Assembly: GCA_964234715.1 (NCBI GenBank)
Contig: OZ174280.1
Length of the DNA: 64,000 bases
Strand: one strand, 5' to 3'
Source of the DNA: Podarcis melisellensis
Taxonomy: Eukaryota
Under the pieces are notes generated by a model. That model was not told the DNA's origin and did not search any database. It saw nothing but the letters and a program-made list of their open reading frames with translations. Position numbers and translations under genes: made by a program. Shown piece after piece: positions 63,305 through 64,000 of this stretch (positions are counted from its first letter, which is position 1; every line of letters starts with the position of its first letter).

Positions 63305-63327
63305 GAAAATACCTGGCAGATAACTAA
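63305..63327 (+). CDS. SGIP1: SGIP1 last coding exon (G)KYLADN*
   Basis: cttttcag|GA AAA TAC CTG GCA GAT AAC TAA. Confidence 0.96.
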
Positions 63328-64000
63328 CAGAAGTTTATGCAAGTATGTGGAAAATCCATATAGCTGAGGACTGCTGTGGGTGAACGGGTTTTATACGCTG
63401 TTTGAGGAAAAACTAAATCCTGTACTTGGGACATTTCTGTTGGAAGTGTCAGCAACTTTCAACATTTTCCCTCAGAAAATGCCATGTTGACCAGTCCTAC
63501 AGTATTTACTTCTAGATGTAATATTGTTAATGTTTTAAATTGTAATTATTGTATTTGTAAATTGTACTCATTCCAGTAAGGCTGTATTTTGGCAGTTAGA
63601 CACTTGAGTTTTAGCATTTTACCATTCATGAAATGGGTGTAATTTAAACTGTGGTATATAAATTTAATAGTAGTACTGTTGAATGGCGCAATGCTTTCAG
63701 AGGTAGATAACATTTTGTCAATATATACAATCTGAATACCATGCTAATTGCTGTGAGAAAGGGGGTGCCTCAAAAAAGAAAGTTTAACTAAAGACCTGCA
63801 AATTCACTCCGTTTTTCCTTTAGCCCTTAGTATGTCATATAAATAGTTATATGAATGAACAGGTCTATCTTCTAAGTATTTGATTGATTTAACTCCAGAA
63901 CATTTTCAGTAAATGTGGTGGTGGTTATAGCATACTTCCCCCAATGACAGAAATGTATCTCCCTCCACCAACCCACTTTTTCATTGTAAAAACAAGTTGA
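63328..64000 (+). other. SGIP1: SGIP1 3'UTR (partial)
   Basis: AU-rich sequence after the stop with no recognisable repeats; no AATAAA seen, so it probably continues beyond the window. Confidence 0.85.

Larger units (their letters stand above)
445..64000 (+). other. SGIP1: SGIP1 gene span (5'-partial; 22 coding exons plus start of 3'UTR)
   Basis: Exons join in consistent phase into a protein matching SGIP1 as I recall it, from [15 protein letters not shown] to KKRFAAGKYLADN*. Confidence 0.97.

Noticed and set aside
1-64000. CRISPR arrays, rRNA genes, prokaryotic systems
   Set aside because: Eukaryotic intron-exon locus; no repeat-spacer arrays, rRNA or operon-like structure seen.

Overview
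Vertebrate genomic DNA, almost certainly a squamate (probably a lacertid lizard, judged from Sauria/Squam1 and Squam3 SINEs). The window lies inside the + strand gene SGIP1 (neuronal endocytic protein, FCHO/muniscin family). It runs from an internal N-terminal exon (445) through the Pro-rich region and mu-homology domain to the stop codon (63325-63327) and the start of the 3'UTR; the first exons lie upstream of the window. I assembled 22 phase-consistent coding exons. These include a U12-type AT-AC intron (4857-5987), three consecutive microexons (12, 12 and 25 nt), a 456-nt symmetric exon and two 60-nt symmetric cassette exons. The introns hold SINEs, L2 and CR1 fragments, hAT and Tc1/mariner MITEs (several nested, with intact TSDs) and a Penelope-like fragment truncated inside its hammerhead ribozyme. 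The least explained segment is an unclassified, relatively GC-rich insertion of about 3.4 kb whose minus strand carries a decayed reading frame with an array of CCHC zinc-knuckle-like motifs. Homology calls come from my recall of the sequence families; no searches were run.
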